Shown piece after piece: positions 38,991 through 53,696 of a DNA stretch of 64,000 bases. Each line of letters starts with the position of its first letter. Position 1 is the stretch's first letter. Under the pieces are notes generated by a model. That model did not search any database and was not told the origin of the DNA. It saw only the letters and a program-made list of their open reading frames with translations. This stretch comes from Marsupella aquatica (taxonomy: Eukaryota > Plantae > Marchantiophyta): NCBI GenBank assembly GCA_973895155.1, contig OZ316897.1:10315832-10379831 (forward strand). The letters run 5' to 3'. The translations under genes and the position numbers were made by a program.

Positions 38991-41821
38991 AAGTGCATCC
39001 ACACAGGTTTCAGGTTGAGACTGGCATAGATTATTTTTCAAAGCTTTGTTCAGGTTGCCATCAATCAATCCAGGAATGACAGGACTTGTCTTGCACCAGT
39101 GAGTGACAGCCTTTAGGAGTTTCCAATGAACCGCATTTGTCTCTCTTCTGCAATTTGCTAATGGCGGAGGCTTGGGAGAAAATTTGCTTGTGGCTCACAA
39201 TGCAAACATGTGGCAGTTTGGCAAATGTCAATAAGTGTTGCCAGGGCTTGGGCTAGATTTTTCTCTTTGGAAAACTGACCAATATCTCTACACAGAGAAG
39301 ATTTTTGCATGGGCCGAATATCATCTACAACTAGCTCCAATTGCAAGTGTGAATTTGGTCCCCTGGCTGAGAGAGGTCCATTATAGAAGAGGCTCTAAGG
39401 ATCTAAGTAAATCAACCTGATTGCAAGGAAAACTTGTCAAATCAGGCCTTTCCCAAATAATACTAACTTGTCCCTACCGGTAGAGATTCTGCTCATCAAT
39501 CTAGCGCTGGATTGAAAAAGTCAGTCCCACATCATTCTCTCGAATAGTACAGCCGTAGTAGCAGGCCAGGCATGGGCCCATAGTATGAGGTTTGACCAAC
39601 CTGGCCTAGCCTGGTCCAGTAACTAATAAGTTCAAGACCTGTACTCTTGTAACGATGAAATCACCTATTTTTCAGTGCTGAGTAAAGTACAGTCATGCGT
39701 CATTAATTCCCACGTCCAGGATCTACAAGTCTAAATAAGACAAGCGATTCCGTTTCCCCAAAACTTTCTGACAGGGCCCATCAATCAATTTACCGGATCT
39801 GGACATTTATTGGCCCCTCTGTAAATAAAAACAAGCTTCTAAAGGCTAAAACTCTGAAGCAGGCAAGGAGCGACGCTGGATCCATTGCCGGCCAGTCCTT
39901 GTACGTACCCTGCGAATCTGCTCGAGATTACCGTAGTGGTGGGAAGAATGCAAACACGAGGTAAAATGCGCGTGAAAACTAAACCACTTCGATCTCTGTG
40001 CAATGTCTTCTATTTTGTCCATGATATGAATTTTTTATGGCTGAGCGTTTCGTGGACAAAACATTCTAGTATTCGCACAATGTGCTTGACAATTGAATAG
40101 CCCAAATGTGTAATGCACAACGATAATACGCTAGTATTGTTCTGGAGTGGCGTCGAATTTCTTGTCGACGTACTTGAGAGCACCCGACCTCGGCATTTGG
40201 AATCCATTATTAAGCCGATTAGCGGAATTCAGCTCGGGGCAGTCAGCCAACAACCCAGTCCTGGGATCATGGGGCGACCATCGATGGACGATTGTAAATT
40301 TGTAACTGATGAAGCCGCCGAGCTCAACCCAATGCATTACCAACAGTACAGTACGGGTTGAAGAGGACGCTGTGAACGAAATTAATCTTGTCATGTGGGA
40401 CTAGCTTTGTCATTCAGTCATTGAAGCTTTCTATTCGAGATTAATGGTCGTGTGCATGGGAAGTGAGGGTACGTCTGTCCTGCCGCATCCCCACATTGCG
40501 ACGATCGTCGTATGTGTTGGCATACGATGTGATGGGTTATCCTTGTCGGGAGTCGGGAGAAGGGGGGGCCGGGGGGGGGGCGCGAGGGGCGGGAAGGGGA
40601 ATGGGTTGGTGATCGAATTATTCTACCTGCACGAGATGGCGATGGCGACATGAATAGGAATTGATCGAAGCAGCAGTCACAGGCGTATGAATCAATGAAC
40701 GAGTGAGTGAGCTAGTGTTGTCCAGTTCTTCTGTTATCAAAGTTGCATGTGGTTGACGTACAAAATATAAAAGAATAATTGAGTCAGTGACGGGCGTTTT
40801 CCAGTTTGGTCTGTAATGAGTTGTGATTATGAATCATAAAAATGAATGAGAGTGAGCGTTTCCCCAGTTGCCAGTTGGTCTCTTGTGAGTGAGAGGCGGC
40901 TGATGGAATCCTGGTGAACAACAATAGTACCGTAGTTAGCTTTGTTGAGATTCGGCAAATCTCACTGGGTTAGTCGACGGTATCCTCGATATAGGAGCTG
41001 TCGACTGTCGCTCACATTTTGATAGTGAATCATGGGTCAATCTGTAGCTCTTGACTTTGCTGGCCCGTGGGTGTTATGCCTAGTTAGGTTGTTTCCCGAT
41101 CAGTTGGATTGAAGTTCACTTGTCATTTTGTCTCCTGGCTTGTTGGTTTCGTGTGTATGATTACAACTTAAGTTCGAGGAGGAATTTTGTTTAGCCAACG
41201 ATATATAACTTTGGCCGGTAGATTCTCAGATGTATACTTTCCCGCTCTTACTTCTGAACACTGTTGAGAGTTATGCGTTTTGGGGTTGTTTGTGTTACAG
41301 TACTTGGTTGAGTCTTTGACTGAATAGAATTCGGAGTCTCACATTCGCTTCGTTGGTGGGGGATTCGTTTCGTCCTGGGGGCTCGGAATTGTTTCAACTT
41401 TCTGGAGGACGCTACTGTAGTCTGCCATTTGGAAGATTTTCAAGGGCATTTCTTCCGGCATTGGTTTCTTAATACCATCTACAATCTCTGGACTCTATGC
41501 AGATATAAAGATGTTGTCCTGATCGCGACAGAAACGTTGTGAAGCTTTACAGGCAATTTAAGTCGATTGGTTTGAAATGACCTGAATCGTGGTGATTCCC
41601 TGTGGGCAAGACGCGCGAGAGCGACTGAAAGAAGGGATGTTGATGTGCCAGGGAACCCAAGTCTGCAACTGAATTACAAATGATTCGAGCTTGCCAATCG
41701 CAAATTATTGAAGCGCAGATAATCAACGAAAGGGAACGACAAACGTTGGTTACGACCTTGGTGAGGGGGGTCGAAAACCTCATGGTATCATAAATGCTGA
41801 ATTGGTGGTACAGAGTTAGAG

Positions 41822-44800
41822 ATGGCAGTGATTCCGTTGGTGATGGTGGTTCTGCTGTCTGCACCATTCCTATTTTCCGCGGCGTCTTTGGAGCCCCAAC
41901 TTCTTACGTATCATGCTTCAAAGCTTCAAGCGGAGCAAGATTTTGCTGCAGCCGACGCAGCCTTTGTGAGTGCCTTGGGCGATCCGGGGATGAGGAGCGA
42001 CAGAGTCAGAGTGGCTGTTGAAGGCTGGAATTTCTGCAACCGAGCAGGAAACTTGAGTAGTCCCGTCCATTCAGAAAACGGGACTGATGGACAGGTGTCC
42101 ATAGGCAGCGGCAGCCCACGGTGGGCCGACTGCACCGATTTGGTCTGTCCAACAGACTCGTCTGGTGAGCCCCATCCTTCTCCTCCAGATTTTCGCAAAG
42201 ATGCGGAAAGCCTTAATCATTAAGTTTTGGAATCGGAATTTTCGAAGATAAGAAGATCTTCATTACAATGCCTCTAGCTAGCACACGTTTAAGAGGTGAT
42301 CCCTTGTAGAGAATTGCGGGCTGAATTTCTGTATTCCACTGAAATCCGTGTTTGTTAGTTTGTACACCATGAGCGTGGGGATCCCCTTGAGGGGAATATA
42401 TCTGGACTAAATTCTGTGTATCCTTTGGATTAGTATCAACGACTCCGAATTCTCTCTTCAGATATCTCTAAAAAAGACCGCTGGGATCCATCCACACATT
42501 CTAGTGTAATTTGTGCTTCGATCCAGCTTCGAATGAATGAATGAATGAATGTAGGCTTCAGTGCCACAGCAGGGTAGTCATCTGTTCTCCGCCACTTCGT
42601 GTGTATGTCTCCAAATCTCTCAGTCGCTTTCGGCAGTGCAGTTTTGCCACGTGAAAGATGGGACCACACTAGGAAGATCCAGTCAAGTCTCTCTTGCTCC
42701 GAACCCTTCATCCAAATTGCCTCAGAACCACCGATCAACAATAGTTGAGTTTCTCTGACCTTCACACTCCTGGTGGGACTCATTTCCGTCTCAACATTTT
42801 GTTTTTGAGCAATGGCGCAGTTTCTCAATTTCTCAATGAGGGTAGTGGCCCAAAAGTCCATCGAAGTGAGTTCCAAGTATGAGGATGAGAAATAGAAAGG
42901 GCCCAAAATCCAAATGCGAGCGTAATTCACATTGGCCATATCTCCTACGTTCAATCAACAAGATTGGACATCCTAGATCTATATGGCAACAGGCACGCAG
43001 GCTGAGTCTTTCATCTGTTTTTCGATCTCCCTTTGTCGAGATCGAAAACAACGCTCTGGTCCTGTGTTTTCAATGTCGAAATCGCTTTGTCGAATGACTT
43101 TTAAAAACTTTAATAATCAAAATCGCTTTGTCGAATGACTTTTAAAAACTTTAATAATCAAAATCACTTTCAGGGGCCTTATCCAAATATGAAAATAGCA
43201 GAATTTGTAACTTTCGCGTTCTAGAAAGTTTGAAGGACTTCCAAACAGGCATGCAGTTTCATAAGGTAGAAATGTTTCTTAAACGCCACTGATTGTAATA
43301 TCAGACAATCTCGTTTCCAACCTCTTGTCATTAGGACAAAGGTTGAGTACGCAATATGGGCCTCGAAGGGAAGAGTCATGGGTAAACGTTGGACATTAGT
43401 GCAGGCATGTTTCTCGCTTTCGTTGATTAGCCGTCTGTTTGGAATTTGCGTTTGGAAGGCCGAGAATTAGACCTGCCAGATTCTTTCATTTTAGCTTTGA
43501 TCTGGTGTAACCAGGAATGTTCTCATTAAATCTCTGCTTCTTTTTGCGACAGTTGTAGACACTTGCACAGCAGTCAATAGAGTTTCACAGTCGGACAACA
43601 GCTTGAGGCCGGGGGATGCATTTCCATGTGGCGATTTTACGGCTTACAACGACGCAGACTTGTTCGCCATCGAGAAAGAGAAATTCTTAGGATCACTGTG
43701 TGCTGTTGGTGACTCATCTGACCCATGGAACTTCTGGATGGTCATGCTCAAGAATGGGAATTATGATGAGAACAGTGGACTCTGTCCCTTGGCTGTGCAG
43801 AAGAATTCGTCTTCCTCTCAGATAGATAGTGCTCTGAAGCGCTTCCAGCAGCCTCCTTCTCAGACTGCAACTGGGTTGCTGAATGGGCAAACCAAAAGCG
43901 GGTTCCCCTGTTTTGGCACTGGTTGTATGAACCAACCACAGGTGTTCATCAATTATTCGCAGCCGCAGGGGAGTCTAGGGCTCGCTGGTGGGATTTATGG
44001 AACGTATGACTTGGACGAGGCTGGTGCTCTTGGCAGCTCCAATTCGTCATTCTTCTCTGTCAAATGGTATAAGAACGAACGTGGAGGCAGCTGGTTTTTC
44101 CACCATGTGCTAACCACCAGCATGAAGTATCCTTGGCTCATGCTTTACCTCAGGGCAGATGCTACTTCTGGGGAGTCTGGTGGATACCCCTGGGATACAC
44201 GAGGCATGATGCAGAAGGTAAAATAGTTCTGTCTGTTTGCCTTTCTCCACGGGACATGTCCCACAGTGGAAGCTCTTGCATTTGGCATCCGAAACACGGA
44301 TTCACCTATCAGTTATTGTCGAATGTGTTGATGTTTGGGCCACTTAAAGGGCCTTTTTTTCTAAATCCCCGCTACTTTCCTTATCATAGTAGTAGATACA
44401 CGTCAATAGTATATCATATACCACTTCATATTTTATGATTCTAAAGAATGTTCATTATTATTATTATGAAAAGTTGAGGATGCATCTGAGAGTGTGGCGA
44501 TAGGCAGGGCTCTACAACTTTAGTCTGCACTCAGTACAATCCCTACGTTTGTAAACTGATACCAAACAAATCCACCTGGGCCATAAGCATCAGCCATTAG
44601 TCCTCAAGAACCTGCAGTGTCGAAACACCACAGGAAGCTGATGCAAGTCCGATAAGTATTATGGATCTTGGCTCCGTTGGGTGCTTTGAGAACTAATGAT
44701 ATAGACTTCTTTATCTTAGACCATTTGCACTTTTCTTCAGGTGCCACAATCGCCCAATTTCACAGTGCAGTTCACATTGAACGTGCTGAAGGGAGGGGGT

Positions 44801-45545
44801 CCAAACAGCCAATTCTATCTACTGGATATGGGCGGCTGTTGGAAGAACAATGGGGTACAGTGTGATGGAGACCTTGCAACAGATGTGACAAGGTACAGTG
44901 AGATGATAATCAACCCAGAGACAGGAGCTGGATGTGGCCCCAACTCACTTCAAAATTGCCCTCCCATCCACACTACTGCAAACGGCACACAGATCCATCG
45001 AAATGACACCCAGAACTTCCCCTACTCGGCTTATCATTACTACTGCGTACCCTACACTGCTCTCCTTGCCGAGACGCCAAACAGTGTGTGTGATCCTTTC
45101 AGCAATCCTCAGCCTCAGGAGCTGATGCAGTTATTGCCACATCCGGAGTGGGCTGCGAATGGCTACCCAGCCTACAAGGGTGACGGCTGGATTGGCGATG
45201 CCAGGACTTGGGTTCTCGATGTAGGAGCTCTTTCCAGCCGCTTGTTCTTCTACCAGGTTTGTTTCTTGCTAGCTGTGAGGTCTGTTCTCACATCTTGCTC
45301 CCTGTATCAGTTCACTCTGTCCCTGTAATGCAGTTGAGTTGAATGATAGTTCAGAGTTGAGGGAGCTGAATCATTAGCACTGAATTCCTGTTGCCAACTG
45401 ACAGGATCCAGGGACGTCACCTGCAATACGAAAGTGGCCATCGTTGGACATAGGCACTGAGATCTTCCAACCTGACGACCCCCAACCACAGACTGCAGAA
45501 TGGATTGTGAGCGATTTCAACGTGCTGGTCCCATCAACTCAGTGA
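41822..45545 (+). CDS. Conserved secreted, Cys-rich plant protein of unknown function (probably DUF7705 family); exons 41822-42164, 43553-44217, 44741-45256, 45405-45545
   Basis: Signal-peptide-like N-terminus. Motifs SALGDPGM..VRVAVEGWNFCN, WMVMLKNGNYD, YPWLMLYLRADAT, SQFYLLDMGGCWKNNG..CDGD..DVTRYSEMIINP, QPQELMQLLPHPEW and AEWIVSDF. Exons join in frame across GT-AG introns. The family name is from memory. Confidence 0.88.
43079..43165. repeat. 41 bp tandem duplication in intron
   Basis: atcgctttgtcgaatgacttttaaaaactttaataatcaaa at 43081 and 43122. Confidence 0.9.
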
Positions 45546-46318
45546 ATGTATGAGAGCACAATTCGATTAGTTGATGTGAATTTAAGCCCTTACTGAAAAA
45601 TTCAAGCGAGGGACCTTTCCGTCGGCGGCAATCGAGACGATGGAGAGCTTTGTAAGGAAGGAAAGCCGTTCAACCAGAGAAGAAAATTTTCAATATTCGC
45701 TTTAAACTCTTTCTTATGTAAGAAGAGCTTTTGTAAGGAAGGAAAGCTGATCAAGTAGAGAAGATCAAGTAGAGAAGAAAATATTTATTCCTTTAAAACT
45801 CTTTCCTATGTAAGAAAGAAGCTGTCATTCATTGAAAGATTTTGTCCAAGGGTAAGGACGTCTTGATTTTACATTTGCTTAGATCAATGCGAAATCTTGG
45901 TGGAGGGTCTGTGATCCACTGGTCTGTCTTTTTGGGTCATGACAAATTTTACATGGGCAATCCATTTCACACTCTTCAACCTGGGATACCCTTGCCATGC
46001 ATCAACCCACTAGCCTTGCCTTCCACTTGTAAATCTCCTCTGACTCCACTCTCTTAAACCACCTTAAAGCTCTCCCGAAAATGGAGTTTGAAAATTGGGG
46101 CATATCACGAGAAACTGTTGGGAATGACCTTTAGAGAGCAGAGGCACTGAAGTCATATATCCCAGATATAAAGCGTGCTGGGAATTGCCCAAATATGAAA
46201 AGCCCTAGGGCAGCTCTGGGGATTCATTTTGGGCAGCTCCCTCTTGGGAGAATTCCACCGTACACTTTATGAGCTATCAGACATTTAGGACAAGTCCCTC
46301 ATTAAGTGTCAAATGATG

Positions 46319-46414
46319 TCGATCATAAAGTAGGGAGTTGTCCAAAACAATTGTTTGATAACTCATTCGATCATAAAGTAGGGAGTTGTCCAAAACAATT
46401 GTTTGATAACTCAT
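46319..46414. repeat. 48 bp perfect tandem duplication
   Basis: tcgatcataaagtagggagttgtccaaaacaattgtttgataactcat at 46319 and 46367. Confidence 0.92.
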
Positions 46415-48384
46415 GAAGTGTCAGAAGTTCTTGTAGCAATTTCTGTAACAGGTTTTTGCTTGGTACTGTGACCAACAATAGCAATAAGTGACATTTATGG
46501 TCAATAGTGCCTAAACCAGGAACAGCACGGTCAGAAACAATAACCTTGGACGGTCGGTGTAGGCTTGGGAAAACTGCAGAATAGTGGCTGCAGTCGCCCA
46601 AACTGCGATGTAACTTAAGTGAAGAAAATTTGGTCAATGTCTTGTGGTTTGAAAATTTATCATACCACACTTATCATTAGGTATACTTTCACGCAAGCTA
46701 CGGGGTCTTTTTCACTATGTTCTTGACATTTTTTGTGGTGTGACTATCCGTACCTGCATAGTAGAAGGGAGTTTGCATCCAAAAGCACCAGGGACTTGAT
46801 TTAATTTGAATAGGTGCAAATGTTGCTGGTGATGCAAAGACAGGTGGAATATCAGGACTTCTAATACAATTTGTGGATTTGTTCATGACTATTCATTTAT
46901 CAAAACATGATCACAGGTTCACAATGTAACATACTTCTCTGGATAATTTGTCTTATTATTTACCTCAGGATGCAAAGTCATCCTAAAATTGTAACTTTTT
47001 GCTCACTCGAAAGCATTCAAATGATCCGGTGGGTGATTGGGAAGAAGGGAAAGTCCAAATGGCATGGAGAGCCTAGCAAACCTGCTTTTGCCAAGAAATC
47101 CTAATGGTCCGAGTTTATGGACAATAAGAGAATGTTTGAATAGCTAGAGATGATGAAGAGCAAGAGGAGGAGGAAAGGAGTCCACACACACAGACAAACT
47201 TTAACATTTTTTAAAAGCCCAATAGCCAAATGTGATGTCTTCCCAGCATTGTGTAGCATGCCACATGGATAAATCCTGTTCATAAAATGGATTGCAAGAG
47301 CCTCTCCAAAGTCATCACCAATCATTAAGCAATAATCAAAAGCCTAAGACCACAAGAAATCACCATTGCCTCTACCCTTATCCTGAAAATACCAAAATCC
47401 ACAACAAAACAATGATCAAACCCTAATTCATCTGAAGACAATTCATAATATCTTCACCAAACGATAGCAAAAGATTGAGTTAGAAACTTGTAGGAAATTG
47501 CGTATGGGCAACCCTGACTCCAAATGGAGGAACTTGGTAAACCATAGATTGAACAAAACTCCACAATGATGTGGTAAGCTGAGGCCAAAAAATGTGTAAG
47601 TCCTCCATTTAGAAAAACTTCTTGTATGGCTCATTAAGAGGGGCCCTAGTAGATAGCAAAATTTTCATAGGGGCCCATCACCTTAAAACTTTTTGCTATG
47701 GGTCCCATCAAGCTTATAGTTACCTCACTTTGATCCTGGGTGTACTAGTGCTTGCATCTAGCCAACTTTGGTGCCTTCCCCGCCCTTTCGCTATGTTTCT
47801 CCGCTTCCCTATAGGTGGCTAGGTGCAAATCCTAGGCAACTTTGGTACACTCTGAACCTGGGTGTTAGTTGGGGCCTTCCTGCAACAACTGGGGAACCCT
47901 CCTTCTTGTGGGAGTTAACCAACAACAACAAATCTTTAGTCCAACCCTCATTGGTGATGGCCCCTCTTGTTATTCTCAATAACTGACATAGTAACGGTTC
48001 TCTTATATATAATCTATGACGGTATAGGTATTGGAATTCAACAAGGAGAAAACTGGCTAAGTCAACAAAAACATAACTTGTAATTCACACTAAGTGGCTA
48101 ATATTTTAAGTGACGTGAAATCTGGCAATTCTAGCCATAACCAAGAGAAAAAACCTATATAAGCCACAAGTGGCTAAGACTTTTTTAAGTTAGGTGAAAT
48201 TGGCTAGCTTCCGCCAAAATTGGCTGAGGCTTTTCAGTGACGTGGAATTTGGCTAATTTTCGCCGCTAAAAAAAAACGCTTGTCGGCGAGACCAGTGATG
48301 CGACGAAAATCGTTCGGTCGTTGGGGCTTCCTCCGAGAAAATGGGTTCTGCAGCGCTGCGGTTTTAGTGGCGCCTTCAGTGTCA

Positions 48385-49422
48385 AAACCCTAAACCCTTC
48401 TTCTTCTACTCCTCCCATTGTACACAGAATCGTCCTGTGCTCTGGTCCCACTTGGGCACAATTGTTTACACTTTTCCGCACCATTTGGGGCGCTCGACTA
48501 ACGATCCCATTTCTCTAAGGGACGAATCGTTCCTCTCGGACAGTCTACACTTTTGGGTCGATTGCAACCCTACAACATTGCGCAGGGTTCGTCGGTCCTT
48601 CCGGTTGAGGTGGGAAGAATTACCACTTGTCGACGTTGTCCTTGGTGGAGCTTGTCCCGAGAGAAGGCAGGCAATGTAAACACGAGGAGGATTAGCGCTT
48701 TGTTGGCTGCTGCTGCTTTTGCTGGTTGTATGAGACATTCACAGGAGTGTGAGAATTCGTGCGGAGGTGCAGTGATGGTTCTTGATGTGACCAAATCTTC
48801 CTTTCCAAAGTGCTTTGCAAAATCCCGGGGAAGGGAGGGCGCGCGTGGTGGGTGATACTGTTGTTGAGCTGTGTCCTCACTGCTTTACCACCACCACCTT
48901 CTGCAGTCCGGGTTTCTCCTTGCAGTTTCTTCAGTAGCCTGAACTCTTCGTCCCCACTTTCCTCCTGGCCTTGTCTCTTCGAACCCTGTTTCACCGTGCC
49001 TGTTGCCGCTTTCCTCACCTCTCTGGATGTTCCACACTTGGCCATTTTATACTCTTCAAGCGTTACTTTGCATCTCCTCACATTATTACTCGGAGTTCCA
49101 CACTTGGCCATTTTATACTCTTCAAGCGTTACTTTGCATCTCCTCACATTATTACTCGGAACCGCTTTGTGCTACTCATTTACGCCAATGCGAGCCAAGA
49201 CTCCGTGTACAGCTGTCTGAGCACTTTGGCGAATGTTGCACTCTCAGATCTCTGAGCTGCCTCGGCTGACCATGTGAGGTGACAGAATTGACCGATACGA
49301 AGCCGAGGAGTTGCTTGATTCTACGAGATAGTATTTTTCCGCACTCACGAAAACGACTGGCTAGCAAAACGGCAAATACATTTAGTGTCCTTTGGTCCCT
49401 AAACCCTCGTTCTAAACCCTAG
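48385..49422. promoter_or_regulatory. Telo-box-like AAACCCT(A) motifs in the CpG-rich region upstream of dNK
   Basis: aaaccctaa at 48385; aaaccct at 49401 and ~49414. Telo-boxes are common near plant housekeeping transcription starts. Confidence 0.4.
49029..49160. repeat. 66 bp perfect tandem duplication upstream of the dNK gene
   Basis: gttccacacttggcc...attactcgga at 49029 and 49095. Confidence 0.92.
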
Positions 49423-49529
49423 CCTAAGAGTCGAGGTTTATTCTTAAATTTCGAGCGAGGCACTAAGATTTAGGTAGGGTTTTGAAGCGGAGTGGGGGAC
49501 AAGGCCAGAGATATGATTGAAGTATTGTA

Positions 49530-52500
49530 ATGCCAAGATTGGGAAGAGCTCTGTACCTCGTTGCTAGAACAGCAGCAACAGTCCCCGCCTCCACCATGGC
49601 TGCCTTGGCGCCCTCCGTTCTTATTCGCGCTACCCCTCTGTCCTGCTCTTTCATCGACTCTAAAGTAGGGGCTCTTTCAGTGGTGGGTAAGAAGCCCCTC
49701 AATGTGCCTTACCTTGATGTCACAGCCCGCTCGTCCTCAGCAGACCCTGCTACCTCTTCCTCCTGGGACTCCTATGCTGAGAAAATGTTGACCCCTCGAT
49801 TGACCTCAAGGTTTCTGAAGGACTTCACCTGCGATTCACCGACTGTGTATGGAAGCACTCCAAAAAATGCTTCCTCCGGTATTTGTACTGGGTTCAACAG
49901 CTATCCGAAGGTTTGTGGTGCTAGCGATTGTCGCAGTTTTGCTGTCGTGGCTGACGGACGAGAAGCTACACAGATTATCGGCGAGGCAAAGGATACAAAG
50001 GGGCTGGAGGGGGAGTCTGTGGTCACCAATTCTTCAACAGGTGAGGCTGTCTCAGGAGAGGTTGAGAATGAGGCAGAGGAAGAGGAGTCGGTCGAGAAAG
50101 CGAGGAGCGAAAGGAGACGGAGAGAGAGCGTCGATAGTACTAGTTGCTCGTCACCACCCGCATGGAGGGATCTGTTGACTGTACCTGGCATTGGGCGTCG
50201 CAACATGGAGAAATTGGTTGCGAAGGGGATTGCCAGACTCGATGAGCTGAAGCAGTTGTACCGTGATAAGGTATGCATCAGACTTGATTGCATTGTGTGG
50301 AAGTCTGTGTACTGGACGTCCTTTCTTTTCTTTTCTTGGCTTGGCTCTGTTGTCTTCTCTTGTCTTCTCTTTCTTCCTTCCTTTACTTTCCTAGCCTGCT
50401 TTGTCAATATTCTGGTTCCATTCTTTTCTGAGAATATTCAGTTCCATTCTTTTCTGAGAATATTGGTTTCCAGTTTTCAACATTCTGGTTTGGTAGCAGT
50501 TGTTACCGTCATAGCTATTGTTGGTCTCTGTGCTCTTATTTTACCACTCTCCCAGACAATATTGGCTGACGTTAACTCTTTCAATCCTGCCGGGAGCAGT
50601 CGTCTTTTCCTCTCTTCTTCTCTTCGTTCTTTTCTCTATAAGGATATTGGTGCCTGTTTGTTTCACTTTTTAAGTACTGCTCAGAATTGGCTGGGTGTTG
50701 TGAGCAATGGTAATCTTATCCGTGCCAGATGCCCTGAGGTTTCAGTTTGGAAGAGATGTCCGCTGATGCTTCGATCTTGAGTTGTTTTAGTAAAGCTTAC
50801 GGTGAGGTATCCACACCATTTTCGATACAAACTTGTTATTGGAAGGCCTCCGGACTTATGCTAAATCTCCAACGAATGTCCTACTCTTTGTCTCAACCAA
50901 GAAAGAATCTCTCACGTTGTCTTCCATTATTTGCAGTATCGGAGTGATGGGACAGAAAAGATGGTGGAATTCCTTCGGAGCTCGGTGGGAGTCCAGAAGC
51001 ATCATGCGACAAGTATTTCAGTCTTCATTAAGAACACCGTGGATGCCGAGGAGGACAGAACAGCAGAAAGTGGAGCAAAGTCAAAGAAAAGACTGACTTT
51101 TTGCGTGGAGGGCAACATCAGTGTTGGAAAAACCACATTCCTACACAGGATTGCCAACGAGACTATTGAGCTGAGAGATCTCGTGGAAGTAGTTCCTGAA
51201 CCCATTGGAAAATGGCAAGATGTGGGTCCTGACCACTTCAATATTTTAGACGCTTTCTATGGAGACCCAGAACGTTATGCGTACACTTTCCAGAACTATG
51301 TATTTGTGACTCGGATGATGCAAGAGAGGGAATCTGCGAAGGGTGATAAGAGGCTGCGCTTGATGGAGAGGAGTGTCTTCAGTGATCGAATGGTAATATT
51401 ATCTACCTTTTGGGTTCTTTGCCAGTGGAAGCAAAGGGGTTTTTAACATTGAAGTTCGTCGTTACTTTCTTGGTTAATTCACAATTCATGGGAGTTTTGA
51501 AAGACGGTCTCAACTCTGGTCTAAGTCTTACTTATCTTCGTTTGAGTAACCTCAAGTGATGGTTAATGGTTCGGAGCTTGTGGAGTCAGTTCACATCATG
51601 GAGTCCAAAATACCTGATGGCTCTTCTAGTTTGAATGTCTGTTTCTTATCTTTGGATAAATTCGTCCATCTGGCAGGTATTTGTTCGAGCCGTTCATGAA
51701 GCTAAGTGGATGAGCGACGCAGAGATCAGTATTTATGATTCATGGTTTGATCCGGTGGTATCGGCCATGCCTGGGCTTGTTCCGGATGCATTCATTTACC
51801 TACGTGCAACTCCCGATACATGCCTACGTCGCCTCCAGTCCAGGAATAGGGAAGAGGAAACAAATGTGACTCTGGACTACCTGCGTGGGTTGCATGAGAA
51901 GCACGAACAGTGGCTGTTCCCTGCTGAACGTAGCGGCAGTAACGTTCTGTCGGTTAGTGAATGGCCATCGGCGAATAAGGGGCCGCTCTCTCCTCGTCTG
52001 CAAGACCGTGTCCTCTACCTGCAAGGCGAAAATGTCCATTCATCCATCCAAAAGGTAACTTAAATTTATACTTTGCCCCGTGTCGTTTCAGCGACATTGT
52101 TACACGTCCCCTTGTGTTCTTGTTACGTCCTGTGCAATCACTACTCGTGAAGGATTTTCTCAGGCTGCTGCCTCCCTGTGCAGTCCTTTCAATTTCTGTT
52201 GTCTAGGTACTTTTGAGGAATGGATCTGTAAATCCTTCGTCGGGCAAGGTTCCAATATGAGGCTCCTCTGAAGTCTTGAAATGAATAAGGATCCTCGTGT
52301 TATCTATTGTGCAATTGTAAAGCCCATTGGAGACTCCTCGATACAACATTTGCTTACAACTTCTAAAATTTAAGTCTCATTTGCTCCGTAGCATTGGAGA
52401 TGGCTGACAGATGAGGATCTCTGTTCACTAGTATGCCCCAACGGAATCGTGGGAAGGAACCTGACCCCTAAAGATCCTTAACTAAACGAATATTTGAATG

Positions 52501-53125
52501 TCAAGTGAAGCCCTTTGATCTAGGACTGAATGTAAGAGTGGAAATGGATCTTTAGACCCTACTTGATGTAATGGTTGATGTAATGGTTGATGTAATGGTC
52601 TTGGGTACTAGATCTGTTCTGAGGCGTTCGTTGTAGAGCCTCGTTTAGTTTCTTCTAAAGGTCATCCAGAATGCAGTATTTTGGCTCTCGTATGGGAATG
52701 AGATTCAACTCACGGGAATTATATAACTTAGTTTCTAAATTTCCGTGTCCTGTGCATGTCAGGTTCCGGCATTGGTATTGGACTGTGAGCCCAGCATTGA
52801 CTTCACAAGGGATGTGGAAGCCAAAGCAGAGTATGTGTATTCTATATGTTTTCCTCGTTCCCAAGTCGTTTCGATCACATCTTACTCGAAAGTTTTGGTG
52901 TCGCTAGATTTCTTAATTCCGTTTCCTTGGTGCAGATACGCGCGCCAAGTGGCAGACTTCTTCGAATACGTGCAGGGCATGAAAGATAGTGCGGGACCAC
53001 CGGCAGATGCTAGCTCGCTTATACTCCCCAGGGGTGGAATCCTTGGGCCAGATGGAAATATTCTGCAGCCCAACTCTCTTGAAGGAGTAAATTTGCGTAG
53101 GCAGATATCAACTGTTTGTAGTTGA
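49530..53125 (+). CDS. dNK: Deoxynucleoside kinase (plant dNK) with putative organellar transit peptide; exons ~49530-50270, 50938-51392, 51677-52053, 52762-52830, 52937-53125
   Basis: P-loop FCVEGNISVGKTTFL, then EPIGKW, RYAYTFQNYVFVTR, LMERSVFSDRM and FIYLRATPDTCLRRLQSRNREEE..YLRGLHEKHEQW. An HhH-like segment DLLTVPGIGRRN lies upstream. Confidence 0.93.
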
Positions 53126-53696
53126 GCTGACTTGTATCTAAGAAAATATTTTGCCTTCTTTGCGGGTCATGTCTTTGTGTCAAGGGTTCACATCTTGGCT
53201 AGTGATCTTACTGTATTTGCGCAACTTTGTTGAAGTCTGTAAAAGTGGGTAATGGGCACAAAGTGTGGTTGATTTCGTGCTCTCTCCAGCTGGACATCAA
53301 CCAGGCTTTTTGTTTCCTCTCTCGCGCTTTTTACAGCAACCATTTTGTACTCCAATGGAGCCTTGTAATATAATAGCTGTATCTGATCAACAGCTGATCA
53401 ACCCTTGTCGATGTAAACAGATTGTGAGCACCTCCAATGTCGAGTAATTCTAATCCCTCGATATGTACATAAAGATCTTTAGCGGGTGCCATCTGTTTCG
53501 TTTGGTACTCCGCAATTTTTGTTAATATTTACTTTCCTCCAAACTGGGATGTGGATTCTGTAGTTTTCTTCGAAGGTTCGTTCTGTGGTCCGCTGTTTGT
53601 TTCCTGGAAACACCTTGAAAAGCGTTGGTGCTCCGAATGAATGCCTTTTAGTCGCGCCCAAGGAAATTGCTGGAATATAGACCGTGTGCCATTTTG

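Noticed and set aside
48437-49269. ORFs upstream of dNK (e.g. 48692-49147 minus, 48810-49220 plus)
   Set aside because: No recognisable homology, and part of their length comes from the 66-bp duplication.
50271-50780. Hydrophobic C-terminal half of the 416-aa ORF as a membrane domain
   Set aside because: Read-through into the T-rich first intron of dNK after the donor site at 50271.
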